From IMG/VR virus record IMGVR_UViG_3300036716_000305, positions 1 to 52,777 of that record: a DNA stretch of 52,777 nt; one strand, 5' to 3'. The notes under the pieces were generated by a model. That model was not told the origin of the DNA, did no database searches, and saw nothing but the letters and a program-made list of their open reading frames with translations. Source of the DNA: a virus (Duplodnaviria; Caudoviricetes). This document shows, piece by piece, positions 20,401 through 28,052 of this stretch; the stretch's first letter is position 1, and each line of letters opens with the position of its first letter. Made by a program: the position numbers and the translations under genes.

Positions 20401-20499
20401 GGGATTTTAGGCATGTTAAATGCAATTAATAACGCTAGAAGATCTGTGCTTGGTAGAGTTAGTAAGGAAAATGTAAGACAATTCTATTGGGACCATTAA
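17428..20499 (+). CDS. Putative virion-encapsidated single-subunit RNA polymerase (N4 vRNAP-like)
   Basis: Motif A YTEIDGIANG, motif B RGFGKKPMMIFGYG and motif C HQVFDG in the correct order; last gene of the ejection block. Confidence 0.8.
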   Translation: MSKFNINLGLRDKQNLSAENVASANAVLERMSRTASAKNPQDDAYAGLEGTEVPYSEELNNVLTRTVNRTKKDLPTDDLAQNPAVYAGTLNQINQAEDNLNTTDLGINPSSDIKGPFAEGANQSPEEALNTAAAGNLRTMETGEWVENFAPEWTGQSKALMHDQVESFLGYSAEVNKNAQKLSIGLTGPQRIAFSRNLAEENGLDPNSVGEYLNGFIVNYAHLQEKGVPQALTDIHMAAMLHVGMENKWMSAQTKEQRDVLQPGQVAVDYETELGASSRTDEKVGRLIHKTLGIQSDSKMDVIGGAIARKLVVDTHGGDKLWGVARIATSKRDDQGVQHTANVSVLTREGVAKAKSMRGLIETMIPSTLKEPRFTRTEEPANFVRPSKGDPKKDYGRFKFVNKTIDILDNTPGRASTLVANVLNIIQDTKAFQEEGFLNIKKDGKGGEKTVQLDEATGQYKPYKGNEIKRRAANNEIAFAFHMNNAFSYNDHFLGTNNRFYARGVHFNGASVGNYQATKSARAMLEGLPVEYNIDPNPAGNSKDGSNDLQNLKAGIMKKFGKPYSTTRYGVREAAMVFDKRVAYWAELMKDDAAIHQNKEEIAQEAIREFADEHNNKGEGEGYMAVSAMVEAVKLHQAMQVNKNRARAGQKALTYRSGFYTEIDGIANGIGHNTLQGGGSELIQRAVGLYSPKELAQVAKDVKDGIHNPDDVYELTTDGAIAALTSKGWNDERQAKVDAVLSLFTLDRGFGKKPMMIFGYGAREARILDAVGDWVDEQINKDPDLARAIADSGVINLEDVKQILGWGANSAVEETFTSVKLLNSFMQETAQIAINAGLEPWFTMREGHRINFGEFIDEIIPGAGIPIRYQEGNRVGDDMNVTAYPRFRGIQGKSNKSVTQAGVLPTQAQDGINIGTSFQNMERYFAKRGNARKGAGGHQVFDGIFMTPKDAPKWAKTLNDDFYDINKSFSFAQEFYDQLMTEAAFRNADKKGILGMLNAINNARRSVLGRVSKENVRQFYWDH

Positions 20500-20501
20500 A
20501 A

Positions 20502-20550
20502 TAAAAAATACCCACCGAACACTTAATTGTGTCTGGTGGGTATTTTTTTA
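20502..20550. terminator. Bidirectional intrinsic terminator between the convergent modules
   Basis: TAAAAAATACCCACC...GGTGGGTATTTTTTTA inverted repeat with A/T tracts on both sides. Confidence 0.9.
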
Positions 20551-20551
20551 T

Positions 20552-20830
20552 CTAATAGCCTCTTTGGGCTGTTACATTCTTTAAGTTCTTTTTAGCTTGA
20601 ATCATACCATCCTTGGCCAGCTTAGTAGCTAAGGACATAGCCTCACCGGGTTCCATGCCAGCTTCTAGGTTTGCTTTGGTTTCTGCTTCAATATTCTCTC
20701 TGTAAATCTTATCAATCATGTAGTCATTGATTTTAGGCGTACCACATAAACTCTCTGGTACACCATATTGTTCGCAATAATCAGAGTCTTTAACTCCGTG
20801 TATTGACATTATGTTATGATCTCTTGACAT
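20552..20830 (-). CDS. Hypothetical protein
   Basis: 92-aa ORF with AGGAG RBS, ending at the terminator. Confidence 0.7.
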   Translation of the reverse strand: MSRDHNIMSIHGVKDSDYCEQYGVPESLCGTPKINDYMIDKIYRENIEAETKANLEAGMEPGEAMSLATKLAKDGMIQAKKNLKNVTAQRGY

Positions 20831-20985
20831 TCGTCTTCTCCTTTTTTGTTTGTATCAATCCATTCGATTAGGTGTTGAACTGGATGTTTGTCACCAACTT
20901 CAAATGGTCCATACTCTGTAATTATGGTTGTCTTCTCACCCGTGTGGTCATCAACAATTGTAAACACGGCTTTACACAAGGCCAC
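20809..20985 (-). CDS. Hypothetical protein (58 aa; not in ORF track)
   Basis: GTG start after GAGG (MALCKAVFTIVDD...), overlaps the upstream TAG. Confidence 0.5.
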   Translation of the reverse strand: MALCKAVFTIVDDHTGEKTTIITEYGPFEVGDKHPVQHLIEWIDTNKKGEDECQEIIT

Positions 20986-21164
20986 TACCTGTCCTCACTA
21001 ACCATATTAAAACCATGAATAGCTGCTGACTTCAATAGGCTTTGTATGGTTGTCTCTGCAGCGTCTACCATTGAATCTGATGCTACAGTTGATTCTAGAA
21101 CCATTCTAGCTTCCTTTAGCATGACAGATAGTCCGGCAGAAATTGCTTCTGTGTTTTCTAACAT
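20985..21164 (-). CDS. Hypothetical protein (59 aa; not in ORF track)
   Basis: GGAG RBS + ATG (MLENTEAISAGL...) immediately after thyX. Confidence 0.55.
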   Translation of the reverse strand: MLENTEAISAGLSVMLKEARMVLESTVASDSMVDAAETTIQSLLKSAAIHGFNMVSEDR

Positions 21165-21165
21165 A

Positions 21166-21807
21166 TTATTCTTCTCCGTGTGTTGTAAGTGCCTTCCATG
21201 ACACTGGGTATAGTGGTTTTACAATGTCTTGAATAAGCATTGCCAGTTCTGTTACTTCTTGTTGGGCTCCATCATGAGTCCTTTGTGTATAAAATCTTGC
21301 GTAAGCCGCTAAAGAGCCTGTCCAGTACCATTCGGTATAAACACCTTGTGGTAGTACGAACCTTGCTTGCTCTGGAGCGACACCTAGCTTTAATAAAGAA
21401 TCATAATTAAAAAGGGCTGTCTTACACCCATCTCTATACGATGCCTCTACTAACCATAGGTTACTACCTATCTCTCCAGAAGAGCCTTGCTTGGCTCCAT
21501 CGGTAGGGGCTTTTCTCCATTTAGGCATAAAGAGCTCTGGAGGGTCTGAAACATATCTTCTGCTTATTTCATTCTCAGTAAAGCCAACTTTGTGTTTGAA
21601 ACATTGTGTTCTTATGCTTATTGGTGCTTTAATTCTTAAAGTAATCTGCGGGTGTGCAAATGGTGTCCAATGGTTATGAGATGCTAAGTACTCTATTAGC
21701 TTTTCATCCTTGGAATCAAAAGTATCTTTGTGTTTATTGAAAGAAACTCTTGCTGCGTTTGCAACTGTTGCGTCACTACCCATACTATCTACTAGTGTTG
21801 CATTCAT
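21166..21807 (-). CDS. thyX: Flavin-dependent thymidylate synthase
   Basis: ANAARVS, HWTPFAH, NEISRRY, APEQARFVLPQ, AQQEV motifs. Confidence 0.95.
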   Translation of the reverse strand: MNATLVDSMGSDATVANAARVSFNKHKDTFDSKDEKLIEYLASHNHWTPFAHPQITLRIKAPISIRTQCFKHKVGFTENEISRRYVSDPPELFMPKWRKAPTDGAKQGSSGEIGSNLWLVEASYRDGCKTALFNYDSLLKLGVAPEQARFVLPQGVYTEWYWTGSLAAYARFYTQRTHDGAQQEVTELAMLIQDIVKPLYPVSWKALTTHGEE

Positions 21808-21998
21808 TCAGGTGGCTCCCCAATGTTTCTTAAATTACCTATAGAGTCTATTTCTGGAAGTACGTCATCTAGCTTTTTAACGTACTCTCTGTGCTGTTGA
21901 CATAGTAGAAGCTCTTCATCAGTAAGTAATAACCTTTCTAATACTTCACTTAAGGTGTATTTTTTACCCCATATTTTCTTCTCTTCTGGTTCGTTCAT
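21804..21998 (-). CDS. Hypothetical protein
   Basis: GGAG RBS before MNEPEEKK; overlaps the thyX start. Confidence 0.55.
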   Translation of the reverse strand: MNEPEEKKIWGKKYTLSEVLERLLLTDEELLLCQQHREYVKKLDDVLPEIDSIGNLRNIGEPPE

Positions 21999-22052
21999 TA
22001 TCTCTCCCAATGGCAGGACAACCCTATAAACATAAGGTTGCCATGTTTTTGT

Positions 22053-22154
22053 TTAGCCTCCAAATACTAGCATCAATACCACAATGCCAGCAAATACCAA
22101 GGTGCTACTTTTAGCAGCTAAGACTTTATCAATTAAAACTTTTAAGTCATCCAT
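22053..22154 (-). CDS. Small single-TM peptide (33 aa; not in ORF track)
   Basis: AAGGAG RBS; MDDLKVLIDKVLAAKSSTLVFAGIVVLMLVFGG. Confidence 0.5.
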   Translation of the reverse strand: MDDLKVLIDKVLAAKSSTLVFAGIVVLMLVFGG

Positions 22155-22169
22155 ACGTATTACTCCTTA

Positions 22170-23123
22170 TTAATTCCAACCCCACTCACCAGTCATACCA
22201 GACTTTGAATAGTCTGTGACTGTCTTCTCAAAGAAGTTACTCATCGAATCACCTGATGTTAACTCCTCTACCCAAGGCAAGGGGTTTGTCTTTACCTTGA
22301 AGTTTCCTTTAAATCCCATCTGGATTAGACGCCTGTCCGCCAGATACCTAATGTACTCTTTAACTTCAGCTTTGTTAAGACCATCCACACTTCCAGCCTT
22401 ATAAGCAAGATCGATAACCTTATCCTCCAGCTTAACAATGGTCCTTGCCATTCTGTAAATCTCTTTCTTAAATTCATCGTTTACCAACCTTGGGTGCTCC
22501 GCTACAAACTCACGGAATAGTTTACTCATACCTTCAACATGCATAGTCTCGTCTCTGATACTCCATTCAACTACCGTGTTCATTCCTTTCATCTTGCCGT
22601 ACCTTTGATAGTTTAACAGCATAACGAACGCACTGAAGAGGGACACACCCTCGTTGAATACACTTAAAGCTAGAGCTTTCGCTAATCCGTGCTGTGTGTT
22701 CACGTCTGCGTCCTTCATAAACTCTACCTTCTTTACCATGGCGTCGTACTCAAGAAACATGGAGTACTCACTCTCATGAAGTCCAAGTGTGTCGTTAAGT
22801 AGAGCATAGGCTCGTTGGTGTATGCCCTCTCTAGCTGCAAAGGACAGTAGCATAGACCTAATCTCATTATTCATAAACTTAGGTATATACAGTGTTGAGT
22901 AATTACCAGCAACCACAACATCAGACTGTGTAAACAATCTGAGTATCTGTGTAATGTGGTTCTTCTCAATGTCTGATAGTGACCCATCCTTCCATTGAGT
23001 TATATCATCAGCTAAGTTTATTTCACTCTCAGTCCAATGCAAGTCCTCGTGCTGCTCTGTAAGCTCCATAGCCCATGGGAACTTAAAGGGCTTATAGGTT
23101 TTATTCTCTTCTAATAGACTCAC
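22170..23123 (-). CDS. nrdB: Ribonucleotide reductase class Ia beta subunit
   Basis: FTQSD, REGIHQRAY, EGVSLFSAF, IRDETMH, NFFE..VTDY. Confidence 0.95.
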   Translation of the reverse strand: MSLLEENKTYKPFKFPWAMELTEQHEDLHWTESEINLADDITQWKDGSLSDIEKNHITQILRLFTQSDVVVAGNYSTLYIPKFMNNEIRSMLLSFAAREGIHQRAYALLNDTLGLHESEYSMFLEYDAMVKKVEFMKDADVNTQHGLAKALALSVFNEGVSLFSAFVMLLNYQRYGKMKGMNTVVEWSIRDETMHVEGMSKLFREFVAEHPRLVNDEFKKEIYRMARTIVKLEDKVIDLAYKAGSVDGLNKAEVKEYIRYLADRRLIQMGFKGNFKVKTNPLPWVEELTSGDSMSNFFEKTVTDYSKSGMTGEWGWN

Positions 23124-23132
23124 TTATTTCTC

Positions 23133-23519
23133 CTAATTATCAGATAGCCTCATCTCAATATGTCTTATTCTGTGACAATTGGGACAAAGCATATCGCATT
23201 TCTCTGCTTCTCTTTCAACCTTATCCTTAGATAGGGCAATCTTTGAAGAAACGTTGAATAGTTTTTTGCTTGGGTCTCTGTGATGGTAATCAAAGAAACC
23301 AACTGTCTTGCTAGTCATTCCACAATCTAAACATTTGTAATCATTCTTTGCGTAAAAGTATAGCGTTCTTTCTATCTTAACACTTGTCTTAGTTTTTGAG
23401 CCACACTCTCTACATTTGTATTGAAGCCCTCCCCGAAGCTTGCTACTCTTAGCAAAACACTCCAGCTCTTTGTCTTCTTTACATGTGTTACATTTTTTTA
23501 ACCTTGGCAACTTAAGCAT
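23133..23519 (-). CDS. HNH endonuclease, probable free-standing homing endonuclease
   Basis: N-terminal CxxC..K....F...CxxC; CLDCG, DYHHRDP, LCPNCHR; wedged between nrdA and nrdB. Confidence 0.85.
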   Translation of the reverse strand: MLKLPRLKKCNTCKEDKELECFAKSSKLRGGLQYKCRECGSKTKTSVKIERTLYFYAKNDYKCLDCGMTSKTVGFFDYHHRDPSKKLFNVSSKIALSKDKVEREAEKCDMLCPNCHRIRHIEMRLSDN

Positions 23520-25279
23520 TCGTCATCCTCTACAAAGTCCTTGAGAGCAATACGTTCAACCTGTTTGCCCACATTCTCAGCGTTACTACTTGCTGATGTG
23601 CGTAGGTAATACAGACCTTTTAGTTTATTCTTCCAAGCCTTGATGTGGACTTTATTAACATAAGACTTATCACTTCCAGAGGGAAAGAATAGGTTCACTG
23701 ATTGACCCTGACAGATAAACTCCTGTCGTTGTGCGGCTTGTTCAACTACCCAGCTCTGGTCAAGCTCAAAGGCAGTCTTGAAGACGTCCCTCTCCCACTC
23801 AGACAGATAGTCAAGTTGCTGAACAGACCCTTCATGGTGTCCAATGTTTCTCCACTCACGATCTAGCCAGTCCTTGTCTTTCCCAAGTCTTAGTCGGTGC
23901 TCTTCTAGTACAGCTTCAAGGTGTTTGTTCTTGATAAAGTGTGAGCCAACCCTAGTCTTGTGCGTGTAAGCATTTGACTTAATAGGCTCAATAGAAGCTG
24001 AGGTGCCAATGATCATCCCGCTATTAGCATTAGGAGCAATAGCAAGGAGATGAGAGTTCCTGTCACCAGTGCCGGTCCCATCAGGATACTCTCCTCTAGT
24101 TTTAGCAAGTTCTTTAGTAGCTTCAACGGCCTTCTCCTTAATATGTTTGAATAACATCTTGTTCTGGCCAACAGCCATCGAAGATTCCCAAGGGATATTC
24201 TTTGATTGCAGGTACGAATGGAAGCCCATTGCGCCCAAACCTAAGCTACGTTCTTGATAAGCCGAGTGAGTAGCTTTAGCTAACTCCCTAGGAGCACTAT
24301 CAATGAAACAAGTGAGAACATTGTCCAACATAGTAATAAGGTCAGCCACGATTGAGGTTTCTTTCCACTCATCATACATCTCCAAGTTAAGTGACGAGAG
24401 ACAACATACCGCTGTACGATTTTCATCTGTTGGTAGGTGAATCTCATTACATAGATTACTTCCACGAATCTTTAACCCTTTCTTTTTAAGACTTTTTGGA
24501 AGATGCTTATTAGCCTCGTCGATGAAGTTAATGTACGGCTCGCCCGTTCTAAACCTCGTCTCCAGAATGCGTTCCCACAATTCTCTAGCAGGTACGCTAT
24601 CGCGTACAGAACTATCATTTGGATCAACCAAACTCCATACACCACCACTAACAACGGAATCCATAAAATCAGTACAAACATTAACAGCATTGTTAATATT
24701 AAAGCACTTACGGTTGCTATCGCCTCCCGTAGGTATTCTAATGTTAAGAAACTCAATAATGTCTGGGTGACTGACGTCCATATACGCTGCATAACTTCCT
24801 TTTCTTGTTTGTCCTTGTTTGTAAGCAGTCATTGCTGAGTCTGCTACTTTAATAAACGGTATTGGTGATGGTGCTTTATCACTTACTGCACGAACATCCG
24901 ACCAATGACCTCCAACTCCTCCACCTTTTACACTAAGCCAAGCCAGTTCTGCTTGATGATCAATAAGTCCACCAAGAGTATCAGGTACATAGCTAAGAAA
25001 GCAAGATATAGGCATGCCTTTAGATTCCTCTTCGGGGTTAGGAGCATTGCTAAGAATAGGACTGCTGAACATGAACCAATTATTACTAATACCATCATAT
25101 AACCTCTGAGCTAATTCTAAATCACCACCACAATATGCAACACATGCTCGTGCATATGCTTCTTGTGGGTCTTTCTCAGCGCCCCTTAAGTAATATCCCT
25201 TAAGCAGGTCTATTGACTGTGGGGTAAGCGCCTTACTCCTTTCTCTATCTATTGTTATTCCTAGATACTTTGCTTTCAT
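23498..25279 (-). CDS. nrdA: Ribonucleotide reductase class Ia alpha subunit (short, no ATP cone evident)
   Basis: PISCF, GGGVG, SNLCNEI, AIAPNA, QGQSVN, LYYLR, C-terminal CLSCQG. Confidence 0.95.
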   Translation of the reverse strand: MKAKYLGITIDRERSKALTPQSIDLLKGYYLRGAEKDPQEAYARACVAYCGGDLELAQRLYDGISNNWFMFSSPILSNAPNPEEESKGMPISCFLSYVPDTLGGLIDHQAELAWLSVKGGGVGGHWSDVRAVSDKAPSPIPFIKVADSAMTAYKQGQTRKGSYAAYMDVSHPDIIEFLNIRIPTGGDSNRKCFNINNAVNVCTDFMDSVVSGGVWSLVDPNDSSVRDSVPARELWERILETRFRTGEPYINFIDEANKHLPKSLKKKGLKIRGSNLCNEIHLPTDENRTAVCCLSSLNLEMYDEWKETSIVADLITMLDNVLTCFIDSAPRELAKATHSAYQERSLGLGAMGFHSYLQSKNIPWESSMAVGQNKMLFKHIKEKAVEATKELAKTRGEYPDGTGTGDRNSHLLAIAPNANSGMIIGTSASIEPIKSNAYTHKTRVGSHFIKNKHLEAVLEEHRLRLGKDKDWLDREWRNIGHHEGSVQQLDYLSEWERDVFKTAFELDQSWVVEQAAQRQEFICQGQSVNLFFPSGSDKSYVNKVHIKAWKNKLKGLYYLRTSASSNAENVGKQVERIALKDFVEDDECLSCQG

Positions 25280-25285
25280 AACTGT

Positions 25286-25987
25286 TTATCCTTTTATAAT
25301 TTCCTTCGCTTTAATGTAATCTTTTACGATTCCAGATCTTACAATATCATCACTAGAAAAGTAGTTAAAATCAACCCACTTTGACATTCTTTGGAGGATA
25401 CCCATAAAATCACTAATATCCTTGCTTTTGTTAAATACAAAATCTGTTTGGTCTGTATCTCCACAAAAGATAATCTTGGAGCCTTTACCTAATCTTGTCA
25501 TAATAGAGTCTGCTTCATGAGCTGTCATGTTCTGAAACTCATCAACAATTACTATCGTGTCATCAAGGGTGATGCCCCGTACATAAGATGTAAGCATGAA
25601 CTCTACGATTCTATTCTTCTTCATCAGCCCGTAAGCGTCACCTCTACCAAATAGCTCGTTACAGATGCCTATATAAGGCAACTCATATATGGCTTGCTTC
25701 TCTTCAAGTGAGCCGGGTAAGTGACCGATATCCCTTGTGGCTACAGCTGACCTTACAATTACAACTCTTCTATACCTTGACTTTGAGTTAAGTATCTCAT
25801 CAAAGGCGCTAGCAAGGGCTAGATAGGTCTTTCCGGTGCCAGCAGAACCTCTTAATACTTGTGACCTTCCGGATTCATAGTTGTTAAAATAAGCTTCCTG
25901 TGCTCCCGAAATCGGGGTCACACTCTCCATCTCCAGATGTTGCTTCATCATTAGCGCTCTGGCTGTTGACTGTCGGTTCTTTGACAT
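25286..25987 (-). CDS. phoH: PhoH-family ATPase
   Basis: GSAGTGKTY, IGHLPG, YVRGITL, VDEFQN, TRLG, GDTDQ, DIVRSGIV. Confidence 0.93.
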   Translation of the reverse strand: MSKNRQSTARALMMKQHLEMESVTPISGAQEAYFNNYESGRSQVLRGSAGTGKTYLALASAFDEILNSKSRYRRVVIVRSAVATRDIGHLPGSLEEKQAIYELPYIGICNELFGRGDAYGLMKKNRIVEFMLTSYVRGITLDDTIVIVDEFQNMTAHEADSIMTRLGKGSKIIFCGDTDQTDFVFNKSKDISDFMGILQRMSKWVDFNYFSSDDIVRSGIVKDYIKAKEIIKG

Positions 25988-26168
25988 TGTTTTCTTTCCA
26001 TTGATTGTTTAAATAAGTTTTAAGCACTCCCTCGTCTTGCCATGTTCCTCCGGGGAGATTGTCCATCCAAGATGTATCTACTGTATAGCATTTGTGCATA
26101 AGTATCATACTTGGACTAGGCTTTGAATAACCGGGAACACCCGCCCTAATTTCTTTTCTTTTTGCCAT
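25884..26168 (-). CDS. Hypothetical protein (start and extent uncertain)
   Basis: Fills the gap 25988-26145; likely start MAKRKEIR; long overlap with phoH lowers confidence. Confidence 0.4.
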   Translation of the reverse strand: MAKRKEIRAGVPGYSKPSPSMILMHKCYTVDTSWMDNLPGGTWQDEGVLKTYLNNQWKENNVKEPTVNSQSANDEATSGDGECDPDFGSTGSLF

Positions 26169-26361
26169 GACTATATTTAATAGTAATGCAATCCATTCCA
26201 TCTTCGTCCTCGTACCTATCATAGGTAAGAATTCCTTCAGAATGCATCTCTACTGCGTATTGTACTCCTTCCTCAAACGCTTCTTTCTTTGCTTGAGCGA
26301 TTAAAAGGTACACTATAAAAATTGATACCGGTAATAGTATCATCCAAAGCTCTATAAACAT
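26146..26361 (-). CDS. Small membrane protein
   Basis: AAGGAG RBS; N-terminal TM. Confidence 0.65.
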   Translation of the reverse strand: MFIELWMILLPVSIFIVYLLIAQAKKEAFEEGVQYAVEMHSEGILTYDRYEDEDGMDCITIKYSHGKKKRN

Positions 26362-26370
26362 ATAGTCTCC

Positions 26371-26565
26371 TTAATGTATTTGCCACATTCCATCCTCTTC
26401 TCCATAATCATCAAGTGTTATAAATCTTAACCCTAAAGACCTCATGATATCTATAGTTCCATACCAAGCTTCACATTCTAATATGAGCTCTTCATCTGTT
26501 GTTGCTCTAAGCACTAATGTAATCTTTTCTTCTAGGTCGTTGATGTGTATCTGGTATGTTGCCAC
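26371..26565 (-). CDS. Hypothetical protein
   Basis: GAGGAG RBS, GTG start. Confidence 0.6.
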   Translation of the reverse strand: MATYQIHINDLEEKITLVLRATTDEELILECEAWYGTIDIMRSLGLRFITLDDYGEEDGMWQIH

Positions 26566-26566
26566 G

Positions 26567-26947
26567 CTACTCCTCCTCTACAATTTCTACCATTACATAG
26601 TCCTCTTCGCCATAACCACCAAAGAATGCCGAGAAACCTACAAGTATCTCAACATTGTCATCAGCTATCTTCCCGGCCTTAGTCATTTCATCACACATAA
26701 ACTTATGCACAGGATATGTGAGGTTGTCAACATCCTTCTTCCTTTTGTTACTGAAGAACAATGTGTAATGAATACTTATGCGCCCCTTGTATACTGGAAG
26801 ACTTTCAATAAATCCAGTAATATGTTCTGCATAATCTCTTTTAGACTTTGCCAACGCAGCCCAATGAGCATTTCTGTAGATATTCATTGTAAGCATTCTG
26901 TCTGACTTGTTCTTTCTTATGGTCGGTAAGTCTAATCTAGCTATCAT
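26567..26947 (-). CDS. RusA-like Holliday junction resolvase
   Basis: KKDVDNL...D...GKIADDN acidic motif. Confidence 0.75.
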   Translation of the reverse strand: MIARLDLPTIRKNKSDRMLTMNIYRNAHWAALAKSKRDYAEHITGFIESLPVYKGRISIHYTLFFSNKRKKDVDNLTYPVHKFMCDEMTKAGKIADDNVEILVGFSAFFGGYGEEDYVMVEIVEEE

Positions 26948-27237
26948 GCCTTTTTACTTTTCGGAAGAGGATCTTTCATCTTCATAACATAAGGGTAGTC
27001 CTTTTCTGGAGGGGCAGACATAGCTTCATTAAGTATAGCTCTACTCTCCTCCAGCTCTATAAGCTTCTTTAAATACCAATGGGCCTTTTTAAGGTCCTCA
27101 ATACCATTTTTAAACTTATATCTAGAAACGTACTTAACGATATTACCCTCTAGATATGAGAACTTCTGATCTAAGATGTAATCAATAACTTCTATCTCCC
27201 CTTGTTTATAATGGTCTGGGTTTATTTTATCACTCAT
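26944..27237 (-). CDS. DUF3310 family (T7 gp1.7-like putative nucleotide kinase)
   Basis: INPDHY..G.IEVIDYI...GNIVKYVSRY..KNG.EDLKKA.WYL. Confidence 0.88.
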   Translation of the reverse strand: MSDKINPDHYKQGEIEVIDYILDQKFSYLEGNIVKYVSRYKFKNGIEDLKKAHWYLKKLIELEESRAILNEAMSAPPEKDYPYVMKMKDPLPKSKKA

Positions 27238-28052
27238 TTAATTTCTCCAACTGTCCAAGTACCTGTTTTGTTGTTACGTCTACATCTTACACCATTTCCT
27301 TGGTGACTTTGGTTGTCACACATGTAAATAAGATCGTGCCTAAGGTTTTTTAATTCCTTGGTGTATTCGTCAACCAACCCTTTACAGGCTATCCATTTTG
27401 TTGTTGTTTCCAGCCAAACTTTATCATCTCTCTTTACAATGTCTAGCGGTCCAGCTTCGGGCTTGCCCTTAAAATACTCTTTCCAGCCATCCAAGATTGT
27501 TTCTCTTATCTCTGGGTCGCTTTGGTAAACAATGTATTGACCATCTTTATTCTTCCAGTCATACACCACAAAGTTACAGAAAGACTCTTTGGATAACATC
27601 ATCTGCTGTTCCATCTGCATCCGATATTGTAGGGGCAACTCTTCACCGTTTAACACTGTTAGCCACAATGGACTTTCACAACCATTAAGTGGTACTTTAA
27701 TTTCTACAATCTCAGTACCTCCATAGTATTGCTGGCCATCTAAGGAGGCCATTAAAGGCATACCAAAGGTTTCATCATCAACAATACAAAGTGGTAGGAA
27801 GAATTTTTTAGATTCTCTCTCGTACCACTCTAAGGCGGAATCTTCATATTGAGAACCTATAGACATAGCAAAGTTTTGCTTAATCTCAAGCTCTCCGTGT
27901 TTTAATTCCCAAAGCTGTAGCCTACTCTTTGGTATCCATGGGGAGACTTCACAAGCACTTGATGCTTCGCTAGCTGTTCCATACTTTCTTCTAAGGTTTA
28001 GCCATTCTTCGCTACCCTGCTTAAGGTCTTCTTCTTTATATACTTTAATCAC
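27234..28052 (-). CDS. YqaJ / lambda-exonuclease-like recombination nuclease
   Basis: QGSEEWL..R...TASE, ASLDG, EIKVP, Y..QM..QM. Confidence 0.88.
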   Translation of the reverse strand: MIKVYKEEDLKQGSEEWLNLRRKYGTASEASSACEVSPWIPKSRLQLWELKHGELEIKQNFAMSIGSQYEDSALEWYERESKKFFLPLCIVDDETFGMPLMASLDGQQYYGGTEIVEIKVPLNGCESPLWLTVLNGEELPLQYRMQMEQQMMLSKESFCNFVVYDWKNKDGQYIVYQSDPEIRETILDGWKEYFKGKPEAGPLDIVKRDDKVWLETTTKWIACKGLVDEYTKELKNLRHDLIYMCDNQSHQGNGVRCRRNNKTGTWTVGEIK

